Below are positions 47,138-47,138 of a stretch of 47,138 nt of DNA, piece by piece; the stretch's first letter is position 1, and every line of letters starts with the position of its first letter. The stretch is from Rhizaria sp. SCN 62-66. Taxonomy: Eukaryota. Where the stretch lies: assembly GCA_001724265.1 (NCBI GenBank), contig MEDY01000047.1, positions 62,001 through 109,138 of the forward strand, in the 5' to 3' direction. The notes beneath the pieces were generated by a model. The model worked only from the letters and a program-made list of their open reading frames with translations, was not told the DNA's origin and did no database searches. The position numbers and the translations under genes were made by a program.

Positions 47138-47138
47138 C

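Overview
Gene-dense genomic DNA from a unicellular eukaryote, probably a flagellate given two ciliary-type protein signatures. Exons are GC-rich and Ala-rich. Introns are short (mostly 130-210 nt) and 11 of 15 start with GTACGT. About 14 protein-coding genes were assembled by hand: a CLN3/battenin 3' end, a His-rich ZnT/CDF zinc transporter, a 1476-aa SHIPPO/PG-rich-repeat protein, a small membrane protein followed in frame by a second ORF across a TAG, a myristoylated YcbL/GloC-type metallo-beta-lactamase, a secreted H1/protamine-like plus Cys-hairpin protein, NOP56, an 1846-aa Ig-PH/coiled-coil/CCDC149-like protein, MGMT, eIF4A-III, ES1/GATD3, a ~3211-aa protein with a predicted N-myristoyl site and a C-terminal polybasic-CaaX tail, a mitochondrial-type ankyrin protein, and a Cys-rich gene end. 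The best leads are the giant doubly lipid-anchored protein, the secreted polycationic protein, the TAG-ATG junction (the only apparent TAG stop in the window), repeat-aligned introns in the SHIPPO gene, a CRISPR-like 24-bp repeat array at 46.6-46.9 kb, and a GACCGACC motif shared by divergent promoters. All family assignments come from motif recognition by eye; no searches were run.
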